From Bdellovibrionales bacterium (lineage in GTDB: Bacteria > Bdellovibrionota > Bdellovibrionia > Bdellovibrionales > UBA1609): DNA of 64,000 nt. Under the pieces are notes generated by a model that made no database searches, was not told the origin of the DNA, and saw only the letters and a list, made by a program, of their open reading frames with translations. The stretch covers positions 576,001-640,000 of the forward strand of contig CBDHDF010000011.1 of NCBI GenBank assembly GCA_965261545.1, read 5' to 3'. The translations under genes and the position numbers were made by a program. Positions 18,394-29,247 of this stretch are shown here, piece after piece; the stretch's first letter is position 1, and each line of letters starts with the position of its first letter.

Positions 18394-19077
18394 TTATCGA
18401 TCTAAAATCTCCTTAAGACTGATATATTTACTGACAGCCTCAGCCTTGCCTGTGAGGGGGTGAATGGCAAGAGTCCATCGAAGTTTTTCACTGTATTTAA
18501 TATGGATGGCACTTTCGTCGACGAGACCTTGGGGGAAATAGTGAATATAGGCAACTCCATCGGTCAACTTTTCAGAGAGAGAAGCGATTTCAACATCCTC
18601 AAAAACCAAGCCTCCAACAAGAGGTTTCTTTTTGGGGGTCAGGGAACGATCCACCTCAAAATTAGAGCGAGGGGCCTCTTTGTCACCCTCTTGTTCCTTA
18701 TCCCCCTTATCCTCATAGGAAGTGTGGCGACTTCCCTCAGAGAGAAGAGTGGGGCCAGAGCTTTTTTCAACCCAATACTGGTGGGGAACTTGTGATGACT
18801 CACCTGTATGCATGTCTATGACCAGTCGATAGGTCACATTTTTTAACTTCGCCCGGTAACGAATGTCTCGGCTCAAAATTCCTATTTGTCGAATGGTGTC
18901 TTTAAGTTGATTGTTTCTATTGTTAATCCGACTTAACAAAAGAGTCGAGGCTGCTGCCACAAGGGTGAGAACAATCATGATCTCAATAAGTGTCATGCCC
19001 CCCTCTCGGTGGGCATGTGGTGACTTATGAATCGCTGTCGTCGTCACCTTCCGAAGAGATATCCTTGCTGTGCCCAT
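18394..19077 (-). CDS. gspH: Type II secretion minor pseudopilin H (start uncertain, overlaps the gspG end)
   Basis: G|MTLIEIMIV motif, C-terminal IHYFPQG and IHPLTG. Confidence 0.82.
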   Translation of the reverse strand: MGTARISLRKVTTTAIHKSPHAHREGGMTLIEIMIVLTLVAAASTLLLSRINNRNNQLKDTIRQIGILSRDIRYRAKLKNVTYRLVIDMHTGESSQVPHQYWVEKSSGPTLLSEGSRHTSYEDKGDKEQEGDKEAPRSNFEVDRSLTPKKKPLVGGLVFEDVEIASLSEKLTDGVAYIHYFPQGLVDESAIHIKYSEKLRWTLAIHPLTGKAEAVSKYISLKEILDR

Positions 19078-19552
19078 CTCCCCCCTCCTCTCCATCTTCA
19101 CCCAAGGAGATCAATTCATAAGATGAGCCACTGGGCTCATAGACAAAATCGTTATTCCAGGGGTCTTTGGGAACTTTCTTCAAATAGGGCTCAGGGCCCC
19201 AGTTGGAACAACTTCCGGGATCTGTCACTAAGGCATCCAAATCATCGGGGTAGCTTCCACAATCTGTGTAGTAGGTATCTAGAGTCTTTCCCAATTCAGA
19301 GATCAAAATTTGAGCATTTTTGATCTTGGATTTTTTCAACGAACCCGTCACTTGAGTGATCAATATACCACCAATACCAGCAAGAATGACCAACACAATC
19401 ATAATTTCGATAAGGGTCATCCCTCTTTCATTATTTTTAACCATACCTCTTGTCGTTTTGTAGACCAACGACCCCAAGGCCCTATTTACTATATTTCTGA
19501 CTCTGTTGTTCATACTGTCGATATTCTCGATTTTTTTTGCTGAACTCATCAT
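19025..19552 (-). CDS. gspG: Type II secretion major pseudopilin (start chosen at an ATG with a GGAG RBS; ORF extends to 19636)
   Basis: G|MTLIEIMIV, WGPEPYLKKVPKDPWNNDFVY, SLGEDGEEGG. Confidence 0.92.
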   Translation of the reverse strand: MMSSAKKIENIDSMNNRVRNIVNRALGSLVYKTTRGMVKNNERGMTLIEIMIVLVILAGIGGILITQVTGSLKKSKIKNAQILISELGKTLDTYYTDCGSYPDDLDALVTDPGSCSNWGPEPYLKKVPKDPWNNDFVYEPSGSSYELISLGEDGEEGGDGHSKDISSEGDDDSDS

Positions 19553-19632
19553 ATTTCTCTCCATTTGGCTTTTAGCTTTTTGTTTTTCGCTCTTGACCTT
19601 ATGGCATATATTAGCCCTCTCCTCGCTCCAAA

Positions 19633-20850
19633 TCAACCTCCTAGATTCATAAGGTCAAAAAGAGGGATAAGAATAGCAAAAACGATAACGGCAATGACCC
19701 CACCCATGACCACAATCATGGCAGGCGCAATAATGGCAGTCAGTCCCTCCACCTCTGTGCTCACCTGAAAGTCATAGGAATCACTCACTTGCGTCAACAT
19801 TCTTTCTAGTTCCCCCGTTTTTTCTCCAATATTTATCATATGCAACACCATGGGAGGAAACTGACCTGACTTTTTGAGAGGTCCTGCAATGGATTCCCCC
19901 TCACTGATATTGTCACGGGCTGTATCAATGGCGGCCGCCAATATCTCGTTACTCACTACATTGCGAACAATATCCATGGCTGAAAGCATGGGCACTCCCC
20001 CTGTGAGCAAGGTCGAGAGAGTTCGAGCAAAGCGAGACACGGCAATGAGACGAGCGAGCTTACCCACCACCGGAACAACCAAGATAAAAAAATCCCATTG
20101 CTTCCTGCCTGAGGGAGTTTCCTTCCAATTTCTAAAAAAGAAATAGCCCAATACCCCACCAATAACAAGAAGGTACCAGTAGGCGGTGAGAAAATGGCTG
20201 AGATCGATGAGTGCCACCGTAAACCAAGGAAGAGTGAGTTCAGGAGTTGCCTCAAAGACAACGACAATCCTAGGAATGACATAGATAAAAATGAGAACGA
20301 GCATTCCCAAGGAAAAAAGCATCATGATAATAGGATAAATCATGGCCGACTTGATCTTGCTACGTAGTTCATTTTGGGATTCTGTGAACTCAGAAAGGCG
20401 AATAAGAATGACATCCAAATTTCCCGACATCTCACCTGCCTCACACATGGAGATATAGATTTTGTTAAAAATCTTGGGATATTTGGCCAAAGACCGGTGG
20501 AGGGTGGCCCCTTCATTCACCATATTTTTGATCTCAGCCATGGTCTCAGAGAGCATCTCATTTTCAACTTGCTCCGACACAGCTCCCAGACTATCGACCA
20601 GGGGAATGCTGGCCTTTAAAAGGGTCGACAATTGGCGTGTCATCAAAGAGAGATCCTTGACCCCCACACTTCGTTGACTGACTGACTTAGCACCAAGTCT
20701 TTTCTTTTTAAGGGATCTATCCTTAATAGTAACCACATAGATACCTTGCTTTTTAAGGCGAAGTTTTGCTGTGCGTGAGTTATCGGCATCAATGGTTCCC
20801 CGTGTATTTTTTCCTCCAGTCGTAAGCCCTTGATATTCAAAAAGAGGCAT
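19633..20850 (-). CDS. gspF: Type II secretion inner-membrane platform protein
   Basis: AGEMSGNL, AMIYP, GEKTGEL; 405 aa. Confidence 0.95.
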   Translation of the reverse strand: MPLFEYQGLTTGGKNTRGTIDADNSRTAKLRLKKQGIYVVTIKDRSLKKKRLGAKSVSQRSVGVKDLSLMTRQLSTLLKASIPLVDSLGAVSEQVENEMLSETMAEIKNMVNEGATLHRSLAKYPKIFNKIYISMCEAGEMSGNLDVILIRLSEFTESQNELRSKIKSAMIYPIIMMLFSLGMLVLIFIYVIPRIVVVFEATPELTLPWFTVALIDLSHFLTAYWYLLVIGGVLGYFFFRNWKETPSGRKQWDFFILVVPVVGKLARLIAVSRFARTLSTLLTGGVPMLSAMDIVRNVVSNEILAAAIDTARDNISEGESIAGPLKKSGQFPPMVLHMINIGEKTGELERMLTQVSDSYDFQVSTEVEGLTAIIAPAMIVVMGGVIAVIVFAILIPLFDLMNLGG

Positions 20851-20859
20851 GGGGAATCC

Positions 20860-22587
20860 TTACAAATCCATTTGTGTGTTTGTGAGAACTTCCTCAATGG
20901 TTGTCAAACCATTGAGAACCTTTTGAATACCGTGACTACGAAAGGGAATCATTCCATCTGTGAGGGCTTGTTTTTTGATAGCGGCACCATCTTTTCTCTG
21001 CATAATAAGAGTGCGAATTTCTTCACTGACCACAAGAAATTCTTGAATGATGGAGCGCCCCAAGTAACCCTTTTGATTGCATTCATCACAACCTACAGCC
21101 CGGCAAATATTGGCATTTTCGACATCACTCTGAATCAACTCCAAATTTTTTAATTCCGTTTCTGTGGGGGCGTGGGGCACTTTGCAGTGTGGGCAAAGGA
21201 GGCGCACCAACCTTTGAGCGACAACACCCAACAGGGAAGTTGCAATCAGAAAGGGCTCGCACCCCATGTCAATCAAACGAGGAAAAACACCCGCAGAGTC
21301 GTTGGTATGAATGGTGGAAAGCACGAGGTGGCCTGTAAGAGAAGCATTGATGGCAATCTCGGCGGTCTCTAGGTCGCGAATCTCTCCCAACATAATAATA
21401 TTGGGATCTTGACGAAGGATCGCTCGAAGACCCTGGGCAAAGGTAAGTCCAATTTTGGCGTTGGCTTGTATTTGCCCGATTCCATGGATTCTTTGCTCTA
21501 TAGGGTCTTCCACAGTGATAATATTTTTATCAATGCTGTTGATCTGAGATATCGCAGCATAAAGGCTTGTCGACTTACCACTGCCCGTAGGGCCAGTGAC
21601 CAAAAAAATACCATAGGTCTTGCCGAGGATATCGTTGACTTTGTCGAGACTATCCTGCGAAAAACCCAATTGATTCAATTCAAGAACTACATTGGATCGA
21701 TCTTGCAAACGCATGACAATGCGCTCGCCAAAGGCCGTAGGGACCGTACTCAAACGAACATCAATATCTTTACCCGCTAGCTTCAAGGGAATACGCCCAT
21801 CTTGGGGCAACCTTTTCTCAGCAATATTGAGATTGCCCATCACTTTAATTCGGGAAGTAATGGCATTTTGGAGCTTCTTCGGGGGCTTAAAAATGTCAAA
21901 CAAGATTCCATCCACACGAAATCGCACGGACATATCCTTTTCGTAGGGTTCAATGTGAATATCCGAGGCCTTTTCTTTGACAGCACGAAAGAGAAGAGAA
22001 TTCACAAGCTTAATCACAGGGGCATCATCATTGCCCGCTTCCAGCAAGTCAATGACGGGATCATCCAAATCGTATTCTTCGCTTTCGATGACATCCAGGC
22101 CCTCAAGGGCAGCCGTACTTTTTTCGTAAACACGATTGATGGCATCCTGAATTTTTTGACTGGTGGTAGTCAGAATCGTCACCTTCTTATCAAACAAAAC
22201 CCTTAGATCGTCCAGGGCCTTGTGCCTAAGGGGATTTGAAGAAAGAATCATCACGGCATCTTTGGTGAATTTGTAAGGAAGAACCTCTTGGCTCTTTGCA
22301 TAATTAATGGGAATACTTCGAACTAAATCCACGGGAATATCATTGGATGGAATATCTTTGATAAAAGGAACATCCAGGTGCTTACAGAGGTCGGCCATGA
22401 CCCCCTCCACCGTATTATAAGTTTTGTCGTCAAGGAACTTTTTAATGGGAATACCATCTTTGTTTGTAAGCCTTAACATGGACTTGAGTTGGTCCTCTTT
22501 AATGCTTGTTCCCTTGAGAAGAAGGGTTTCATAGGAGTATGTTGTGGCCATACTTCTATGGTATCCATGATTGATAAGGTATGACAA
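20860..22587 (-). CDS. gspE: Type II secretion ATPase
   Basis: ASDIHIEP, PQDGRI, GPTGSGKST, LRQDP, GEIRD, TGHLVLST, tetracysteine motif. Confidence 0.95.
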   Translation of the reverse strand: MSYLINHGYHRSMATTYSYETLLLKGTSIKEDQLKSMLRLTNKDGIPIKKFLDDKTYNTVEGVMADLCKHLDVPFIKDIPSNDIPVDLVRSIPINYAKSQEVLPYKFTKDAVMILSSNPLRHKALDDLRVLFDKKVTILTTTSQKIQDAINRVYEKSTAALEGLDVIESEEYDLDDPVIDLLEAGNDDAPVIKLVNSLLFRAVKEKASDIHIEPYEKDMSVRFRVDGILFDIFKPPKKLQNAITSRIKVMGNLNIAEKRLPQDGRIPLKLAGKDIDVRLSTVPTAFGERIVMRLQDRSNVVLELNQLGFSQDSLDKVNDILGKTYGIFLVTGPTGSGKSTSLYAAISQINSIDKNIITVEDPIEQRIHGIGQIQANAKIGLTFAQGLRAILRQDPNIIMLGEIRDLETAEIAINASLTGHLVLSTIHTNDSAGVFPRLIDMGCEPFLIATSLLGVVAQRLVRLLCPHCKVPHAPTETELKNLELIQSDVENANICRAVGCDECNQKGYLGRSIIQEFLVVSEEIRTLIMQRKDGAAIKKQALTDGMIPFRSHGIQKVLNGLTTIEEVLTNTQMDL

Positions 22588-22638
22588 CTAAGTAATCAAA
22601 AGGTCAGACTTGGTCTTTCGGCTAGATAAGTATTATTT

Positions 22639-23709
22639 TTAGATTTTGTGAGTGGGTTTAGGAGCGGCGTCGGTGATAGGAAAGAACTGGATATTCAATT
22701 GGTAAATACGATCTCCCTTGGAAAACTCTCTATTGGTGGCCATGGATGTGAAGAAGCGCTTTTTAAGCTGACGAAGTTCAAATTTCATTTTCTCAAACTC
22801 TTTTTCAGTGAGAGCCAAAGTTACGGCACCAAATTCACGGTCTCTAGGTTGGTCTCGAAACAAAGACTCTAGACTAAGATAGATAAATTCTGACTGAAGC
22901 TTTCTCACAATCTCCACAGAAATTTCTTCAGACTTCTCCATGAGAAGACGCTTCTTTTTCATCTTCCCTGTGTTTGTGTCGCACACAAGCTCTCCTGATG
23001 CCAACAGATTCTCCTTAGCCCTTTTGACCATTTCTACAGTCACACGGCCTCGTAGGAGCTTTTGTAGCTCTTGGGGATGGAAAAAAATGTCCCTTTGGTC
23101 CACCATATTGTACAAGACCCAGGTCAACCAATCGGAGGCTTTGTCCCATGTTTGTCCATTGATCTCTCCTTTTTTGATTTGACGACAAACTCGAAGTTCG
23201 GCCAAGGTTTTGAGGGCCTGATTTCGTGCCAAAGAATCCTTGGCTTGGCCGTATTCGACCAAGGCACGAAACTCTTTCAATTCGCTTTTATTGAGTTGGA
23301 GAGCCTTGGAAAATTTATCCATCATGCCAGAGGAGAGATTTCTTTTGCCGTCAATAATAAGTTTTAGGTAGCTGGGAGATTTAATCCCTGCAGCCACACT
23401 GAAGATAGCATAGGAGTAGGGGCGAACCGCCCCTACATCAAGAGTTTTTTTATAATTGTAGAAGTCTTCAAGGTATTTGCGAAAATCTGTATAGCTCCCA
23501 AGGTTGGGTTTGGTGGGCTCAGTGGATTGAGTCGGCTTTGCTAAAGGCAGTTTAACTTTTTTTTGGTTTGTTTTACTTATTTGGCCCGCTTGACTCGTCT
23601 GTGTCGTTTGAACTGAAATCATCTTTTCCAAAACTCCCCTACCTTTTCCAACATTCTCCTGTCTTCCCTTCGTTTTCTTTTCACTTCCATCGGCTTTATA
23701 CTCTTCCAT
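22639..23709 (-). CDS. TIGR02147/DUF4423-like protein
   Basis: YTDFRKYL, SPSYLKLIIDGKRNL, YQLNIQFFP motifs. Confidence 0.8.
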   Translation of the reverse strand: MEEYKADGSEKKTKGRQENVGKGRGVLEKMISVQTTQTSQAGQISKTNQKKVKLPLAKPTQSTEPTKPNLGSYTDFRKYLEDFYNYKKTLDVGAVRPYSYAIFSVAAGIKSPSYLKLIIDGKRNLSSGMMDKFSKALQLNKSELKEFRALVEYGQAKDSLARNQALKTLAELRVCRQIKKGEINGQTWDKASDWLTWVLYNMVDQRDIFFHPQELQKLLRGRVTVEMVKRAKENLLASGELVCDTNTGKMKKKRLLMEKSEEISVEIVRKLQSEFIYLSLESLFRDQPRDREFGAVTLALTEKEFEKMKFELRQLKKRFFTSMATNREFSKGDRIYQLNIQFFPITDAAPKPTHKI

Positions 23710-24048
23710 CTGTTTTATACTTTATATTTTATAAAACATTTTACAAATGATTTATTCTTCCATGAGTCCGTGCATGTGTAAAAAGCAAAGTCCTCAAAAG
23801 TATTTTTGATAGATGCAATGCAATATAATATAATATGATAACATAACGCTCTCTTGCTCCCATAAGGTCTTGTTGCAACCTCTAGAAACTTATCCACCCA
23901 GGCGAGTTGGCTGTGCATTGTGCCTTCTGGGGGGCAGTGTGCTTAGCTTGTCGTCTTGTGAACTTGACACCAAGTGCTTTATTGACACTGTTACGCAAGT
24001 AGGTAGGGTAAAGGAATAGGTATTATAAAATCCATTGAAGGGGGGCAT

Positions 24049-25038
24049 GTGGACGTCGATATTTTGGCACTTAACGAAGCCATTAAAAAGGAAAGTCAAT
24101 TTGTAGACAAAACTCTTCAAGAAGCCTCTAAGGTGATTGTCGGCCAGAAGGATATGTTAGAGGGAATTGTCATGGGCCTATTGACAGGGGGGCATGTTCT
24201 TTTAGAGGGGCTTCCAGGGTTGGCAAAGACTCTCACTATTTCTGCCATTTCCCAATCTGTGGACTTAAAGTTTCAGAGGATTCAATTTACACCAGATTTA
24301 CTTCCCACAGACCTCATTGGAACCATGATCTTTAATCCAAAAACAGGGGAGTTTGCACCCAAAAAGGGCCCCATTTTCACCAATATTGTCTTGGCCGATG
24401 AAATCAACCGAGCCCCGGCCAAAGTCCAGAGCGCTCTTCTTGAGGCTATGGGAGAAAAGCAGGTGACCATTGGAGATGAGTCTTACAAACTCGATAGTCC
24501 TTTTCTTGTTCTGGCTACTCAAAACCCCTTGGAGCAAGAGGGAACTTACCCCTTACCCGAAGCCCAGCTTGATCGCTTTATGTTTAAGGTTATTGTCTCC
24601 TACCCTGACAAAGTGGAGGAGCTTGAGATACTCAATCGCATGTCCAAGTCGGTGATGCCTCAAATTAAGCCTGTGATTCACCAAGAGGAGTTGATGAAAG
24701 CCCGGCAGAGAGTGGATGATATCTACATTGATGATAAGTTAAAGAATTATATTGTTGAAATTGTTATGGCCACTCGGAAGCCTGGCGACTATGGATTGGG
24801 TCATATTCAAGACCTTCTCAGTGTGGGCGCTTCTCCTCGGGCCACGATCAACCTCACCAAAGCGGCTCGTGCCCATGCCTTCTTAAAAGCAAGGGGCTAT
24901 GTGACGGCCGATGACATTAAAGCTGTGGCCTACCATGTTCTCAGGCACCGCCTCATTCTCACCTATGAGGCCGAAGCTGAAAGTGTGACCAGCGAAGAGA
25001 TTGTTAAAGAGGTTCTCAATCATGTTGAGGTTCCGTAA
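24049..25038 (+). CDS. moxR: MoxR-family AAA+ ATPase
   Basis: GLPGLAKT, RIQFTPDLLP, DEINRA, ATQNP, YPLPEAQLDRF. Confidence 0.96.
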   Translation: MDVDILALNEAIKKESQFVDKTLQEASKVIVGQKDMLEGIVMGLLTGGHVLLEGLPGLAKTLTISAISQSVDLKFQRIQFTPDLLPTDLIGTMIFNPKTGEFAPKKGPIFTNIVLADEINRAPAKVQSALLEAMGEKQVTIGDESYKLDSPFLVLATQNPLEQEGTYPLPEAQLDRFMFKVIVSYPDKVEELEILNRMSKSVMPQIKPVIHQEELMKARQRVDDIYIDDKLKNYIVEIVMATRKPGDYGLGHIQDLLSVGASPRATINLTKAARAHAFLKARGYVTADDIKAVAYHVLRHRLILTYEAEAESVTSEEIVKEVLNHVEVP

Positions 25039-25043
25039 CCTCC

Positions 25044-25922
25044 ATGTCCTTGCCCCCCGAAATTCTTAAAAAGGTTAAACTCCTAGAGATCAGCACTCGC
25101 CGCCTTGTGAACAATCTCTTTGCAGGTGAATACCACTCTGCCTTTAAAGGTCAGGGAATGACATTTTCTGAATTTCGAGAATATGTGCCGGGAGATGATG
25201 TTCGCACCATTTCATGGCCTGTCACAGCAAGGGCGGGCAAGCCCTATATTAAAAAATTCGATGAAGAGCGAGAGTTGACTCTCATGTTGGTTGTGGACAT
25301 CAGCGGTTCCTCTCAGTTTGGTTCAGGGGAATATTTCAAGGGTGAGGTCATGGCCCACCTGGCAGCTCTTTTAAGCTTTAGTGCAAGCAAAAATAAAGAT
25401 GCTGTGGGCCTTTTGTTGTTTAGCGACCAAGTGGAGCACTATGTGCCACCCAAAAAAGGTGTGTCCCATGTCCATAGAATACTGAGAGACTTGTACTACT
25501 TTAAGCCTAAATCTCATGGGACTCATATTACCCTGGCTCTTGACTATCTCTACGGCGTTTTAAAGAAGCGTTCTCATATTTTTTTGTTGAGCGATTTTAT
25601 GGAGAATTCCTCTTATGACAGAGCCTTGAAGATGCTCCATAGAAAACACGATATTGTTGCCGTTGTCGTCCACGATGAAATGGAAAAAAGGCTTCCTAAA
25701 ATGGGTTTGGTGGATTTTCAAGATGCAGAGTCAGGAGAAATCATCACTGTGGACACCTCTTCGTCTATTTTTCAAAAAAGTTATAAAAGGACGGCATCCC
25801 AGACGCAGGAGCAAAGGGACCTGACTTTAAAAAGGTCCCGGATAGATCGAATTGATGTTTCTTCCCATGGAGACTTTGTTCAGCCTCTCATTTCTTTTTT
25901 TAAGAAGAGGAACTGTCGATGA
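25044..25922 (+). CDS. DUF58 / VWA-domain protein
   Basis: FSEFREYVPGDDVRTISW, DISGS, LSDF. Confidence 0.93.
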   Translation: MSLPPEILKKVKLLEISTRRLVNNLFAGEYHSAFKGQGMTFSEFREYVPGDDVRTISWPVTARAGKPYIKKFDEERELTLMLVVDISGSSQFGSGEYFKGEVMAHLAALLSFSASKNKDAVGLLLFSDQVEHYVPPKKGVSHVHRILRDLYYFKPKSHGTHITLALDYLYGVLKKRSHIFLLSDFMENSSYDRALKMLHRKHDIVAVVVHDEMEKRLPKMGLVDFQDAESGEIITVDTSSSIFQKSYKRTASQTQEQRDLTLKRSRIDRIDVSSHGDFVQPLISFFKKRNCR

Positions 25923-27007
25923 CCGTTGAAAATACAAGTGAAAGTGGAGTTGGCGCGAAGACCGAAGCTAGAAATGATACCAAGGCCGGTGCTGGTACTG
26001 ACGCCAAGGTTGACGCTGATATCAAGGCTGAAGCTGGCACTGCTGGTACTGAAACTGAACTTTCATTTCCAGCTTGGGAGTGTGAGTTTGAGAACATTGA
26101 AAGCTTTACGGTGGGAGATAAGAAAAAACTGACCTGCTACGGTAAGGAGATTCGTGAAAAAATACGTCTCCAGCCTCGCATTTTAATGAGCGATCAAAGC
26201 TTTAAGTGGTCGCTTCACCCCCTTGAAATCATTTCATCAGATTATGACCGTATCACTCTTCTCGTCACAAGTTATAAGCCAGGCCAGTTTGTCAATGTAA
26301 ATTTTATTGTTATGGGAGAAGCTCAATCCTTCCATGCTCAGCCCCCCAGTGCTCAGCCCTCTATCAAGGATCACACCGACCACGAAGTTATGACTTCGCC
26401 AGGCTTTCGTGTGAAGTCTCTGTCTTGGGAGGTTCAATCTGTTATTAAAAATAAGCAAGAACCCCGTGGCTTTGGTCCCTCTGAACCCATTTATCTCCCC
26501 ATGCCAGGGTGGGTGTGGGGGGGCTTGTTCTTCGTGGTGGCCTCTGTGATTATTGTGCTTGGCTTCAAGTGGATGAAATTTTGGAAGAGAAAAACACTGA
26601 TGGAAAGCCTAGCTTCCCACAGGACGGCGATTTCTCCCTATCGTCAATATCACCGAGAAATGAGACAAGTGATAAGAGAATACCAAAGCCCCAGTGATCT
26701 CAATCAAATTGAGAGTGGAGGTTCAGCCCAAGAATATATCCATGAAATTGATCGTATTTTTAAGCTCTATTTGTTTCGGCAACTGAAAATTCCCGCCTTG
26801 GTTTGGAAAGAGCCTCAGATCACCCTAGATATCAAGCAGCGCCACAGGGGAGTTTACAAAGAGGTGGGAAGAGAGATCAGGCAAACCTTGAGAGAGTTTG
26901 AAAAAGCTCTAAAATCTCCAGAAAAAATCAATATTTTGGATTGCAACCAATTTCATCAAATGAGTCGCCGTGTGGTGGAGCAAATTCACAAGGTGGTAAA
27001 ACCGTGA
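25919..27007 (+). CDS. Membrane-anchored hypothetical protein of the bat operon
   Basis: Single central TM; translationally coupled between DUF58 and batA. Confidence 0.7.
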   Translation: MTVENTSESGVGAKTEARNDTKAGAGTDAKVDADIKAEAGTAGTETELSFPAWECEFENIESFTVGDKKKLTCYGKEIREKIRLQPRILMSDQSFKWSLHPLEIISSDYDRITLLVTSYKPGQFVNVNFIVMGEAQSFHAQPPSAQPSIKDHTDHEVMTSPGFRVKSLSWEVQSVIKNKQEPRGFGPSEPIYLPMPGWVWGGLFFVVASVIIVLGFKWMKFWKRKTLMESLASHRTAISPYRQYHREMRQVIREYQSPSDLNQIESGGSAQEYIHEIDRIFKLYLFRQLKIPALVWKEPQITLDIKQRHRGVYKEVGREIRQTLREFEKALKSPEKINILDCNQFHQMSRRVVEQIHKVVKP

Positions 27008-28002
27008 TTGTGTGGGCCACTCCATGGGCCTTTGCTCTTCTCATTCCACTTGTCGTCCTTTGGTTTTGGACGACCTTTCGTAACAAAAAAGCTTCTGTGA
27101 CTTTTAGTCGTATCCGACTTTTTAAAGAGGCTGGTATTACATTGAGGGCAAGGCTTGCTAAACTTCCTACTTTTCTTCAAGCCCTTGCCCTTATTCTTGC
27201 CACCATCGCCCTCGCGAGGCCACAAAAGTCTGACACCAAAGTGACTCGCCACTCAGAGGGCATCGATATTATGGTGGCTCTGGATGTTTCTGATTCCATG
27301 CTTATTGAGGATATGCAACCTCAAAATAGGCTTGAGGCTTCAAAGAAAACCATTCGAGAATTTGTGATGAATCGAGTTTCAGATCGAATTGGTCTTTTGG
27401 TTTTTTCAGGGGAGTCCTACACGAGAGTTCCTCTGACCCTTGATTACCCTATTCTCTTAGATAGCCTTCAGAAGGTCTCGACAACAAGAAACATTAAAAT
27501 GGGAACAGCTATTGGTGTAGCTCTGTCCAATGCTGTGGCACGTCTCAAGGATTCCATAGCGAAGAGCCGCATTATTATCTTTCTTACAGATGGAGAAAAC
27601 AATAGTGGAACTATTGACCCTGAGACAGCTCTCGATATTGCCAAGGGTTATAGTATCAAAATTTACTCCATTGGTATGGGGCTCGATGGTCAAACTCAAC
27701 TGCCTGTTTATGTGGATGTGGGGGGAAGAAAGATAAAGCAATATCGTCCCATTCACAGCAAAATCAATGAGAAGCTTCTTGGTCGTATGGCCAGTGAAAC
27801 TGGAGGCAAATACTTTCGTGCCAATACCTCCAGAGCCCTAGAGGGTGTGTTTACCGAAATTAATGAACTGGAAACCACAAAAGTTGAGGTCAACACTTAT
27901 GTGAGATATGAAGAATTATTTACTCCCTTTCTTAAATGGGCCTTGGGACTTTACCTTTTTGCTTTTTTCTTGGGGCAAACTCTTCTAAGGCGAAAACCCT
28001 AG
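27004..28002 (+). CDS. batA: VWA-domain protein BatA
   Basis: ALARPQ, MIDAS DVSDS, PLTLDY, GTAIG, LTDGENN; GTG overlaps the upstream stop. Confidence 0.9.
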   Translation: MIVWATPWAFALLIPLVVLWFWTTFRNKKASVTFSRIRLFKEAGITLRARLAKLPTFLQALALILATIALARPQKSDTKVTRHSEGIDIMVALDVSDSMLIEDMQPQNRLEASKKTIREFVMNRVSDRIGLLVFSGESYTRVPLTLDYPILLDSLQKVSTTRNIKMGTAIGVALSNAVARLKDSIAKSRIIIFLTDGENNSGTIDPETALDIAKGYSIKIYSIGMGLDGQTQLPVYVDVGGRKIKQYRPIHSKINEKLLGRMASETGGKYFRANTSRALEGVFTEINELETTKVEVNTYVRYEELFTPFLKWALGLYLFAFFLGQTLLRRKP

Positions 28003-28106
28003 TTTTTCGAAGGCTTAGAAGACATCCAGTCTTTAGAAGGTCTAGAAGGCTCTAGAAGGTCTTGGAAGACCCTCAAAAAGATCTTAAATTAAAGAAGGAG
28101 AACTTC

Positions 28107-29198
28107 ATGGTTCTTAGATTTGAAAATTTATTGTACTTAAATCTACTGTGGTTGCTGCCATTTATGGTTGCTTTGTTTTTTGTCATGGGAAAGCACCAGA
28201 AGTGGCAGTGGTCTAAATATCTTAGTGGCAAGGTGATGCCCCTACTTATTTCTTCGGTTTCTACCAAGCGTCGTCAATTCAAGTTGTTTTTACAGGTGGT
28301 GATTGCAGGCTTGATGATTGTGGCCTTGGCACGGCCTCAAACGGGGCAATCTGAGGAAAAGGTGGTCAGTGAAGGCATTGAACTGATGATTTTATTTGAT
28401 ATTTCGAGGAGTATGTTGGCTGAGGACGTAAAGCCCAGTCGCCTTGAATTTGCCAAAAAAGAAGTGATAAGATTCTTAGATTTAAACATCGGTCATCGCA
28501 TTGGGCTTGTGGCATTTGCTGGTTCAGGGCTTCTCCTTTCTCCCATGACCACAGATAAAGCAGCTTTAAAAATGTTTGTGGAATCTTTAACGACGGAGTC
28601 TGTGAGTAGCCAGGGCACTGAATTTCGAGGAGCTTTAGAAACAGCGCACAAGGCTTTTGAGAGGGGAGGGGTGGACCGAGGTAAGGAAGAACCCCAAGGG
28701 TCAGCCATGAGGTCCACCATTACAAGGGCCATTCTTATTGTTTCCGATGGAGAAGATCATGAGCCCGGAGCCTTGCTGGCCGCAGAGAATCTGCTTCACC
28801 AAGGTATTCATATTTTTACTCTTGGTTTTGGAACTGAAAAGGGAGGGGTCATTCCCATCCGTGATGCCATGGGGAATGTACGAGAGTATTACAAAGATAA
28901 AAGTGGCAAGGTGATTCTCACACAAACCAAGGGCACCATTTTGCGAGAATTGGCCAAGAAGGGGGAGGGAAGTTTTCGTCATGTGACCTACGGGGGCCGT
29001 GCGATGGAGGAGTTGCATCAAGATTTAAAAAAGTTACGGCAGTCGGAGTTTGAAAGTATGTCCGTGCGGGAGTATAACGAAAAGTACCAGTGGCTTTTGG
29101 GTTTGGCTCTTTTATTAGCAGCCTTAGAGATGTTCTTAGGAGAGCGGCGGCCTCCAGGTAGAATTTGGAAGGGAAGGTTTGAAGTTGCTAAGCACTGA
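28107..29198 (+). CDS. batB: VWA-domain protein BatB
   Basis: ALARPQ, DISRSM, VAFAG, SDGEDH; AAGGAG RBS. Confidence 0.88.
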   Translation: MVLRFENLLYLNLLWLLPFMVALFFVMGKHQKWQWSKYLSGKVMPLLISSVSTKRRQFKLFLQVVIAGLMIVALARPQTGQSEEKVVSEGIELMILFDISRSMLAEDVKPSRLEFAKKEVIRFLDLNIGHRIGLVAFAGSGLLLSPMTTDKAALKMFVESLTTESVSSQGTEFRGALETAHKAFERGGVDRGKEEPQGSAMRSTITRAILIVSDGEDHEPGALLAAENLLHQGIHIFTLGFGTEKGGVIPIRDAMGNVREYYKDKSGKVILTQTKGTILRELAKKGEGSFRHVTYGGRAMEELHQDLKKLRQSEFESMSVREYNEKYQWLLGLALLLAALEMFLGERRPPGRIWKGRFEVAKH

Positions 29199-29247
29199 AA
29201 AATTATTAAGGATTAAGGAACTATTAAGCATTGAGGAGCTATTAAGT

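Noticed and set aside
18994..19016. Possible G6 frameshift giving gspH an MPTERG leader
   Set aside because: The gspH frame is already open upstream to ATG 19077, overlapping gspG, so no frameshift is needed
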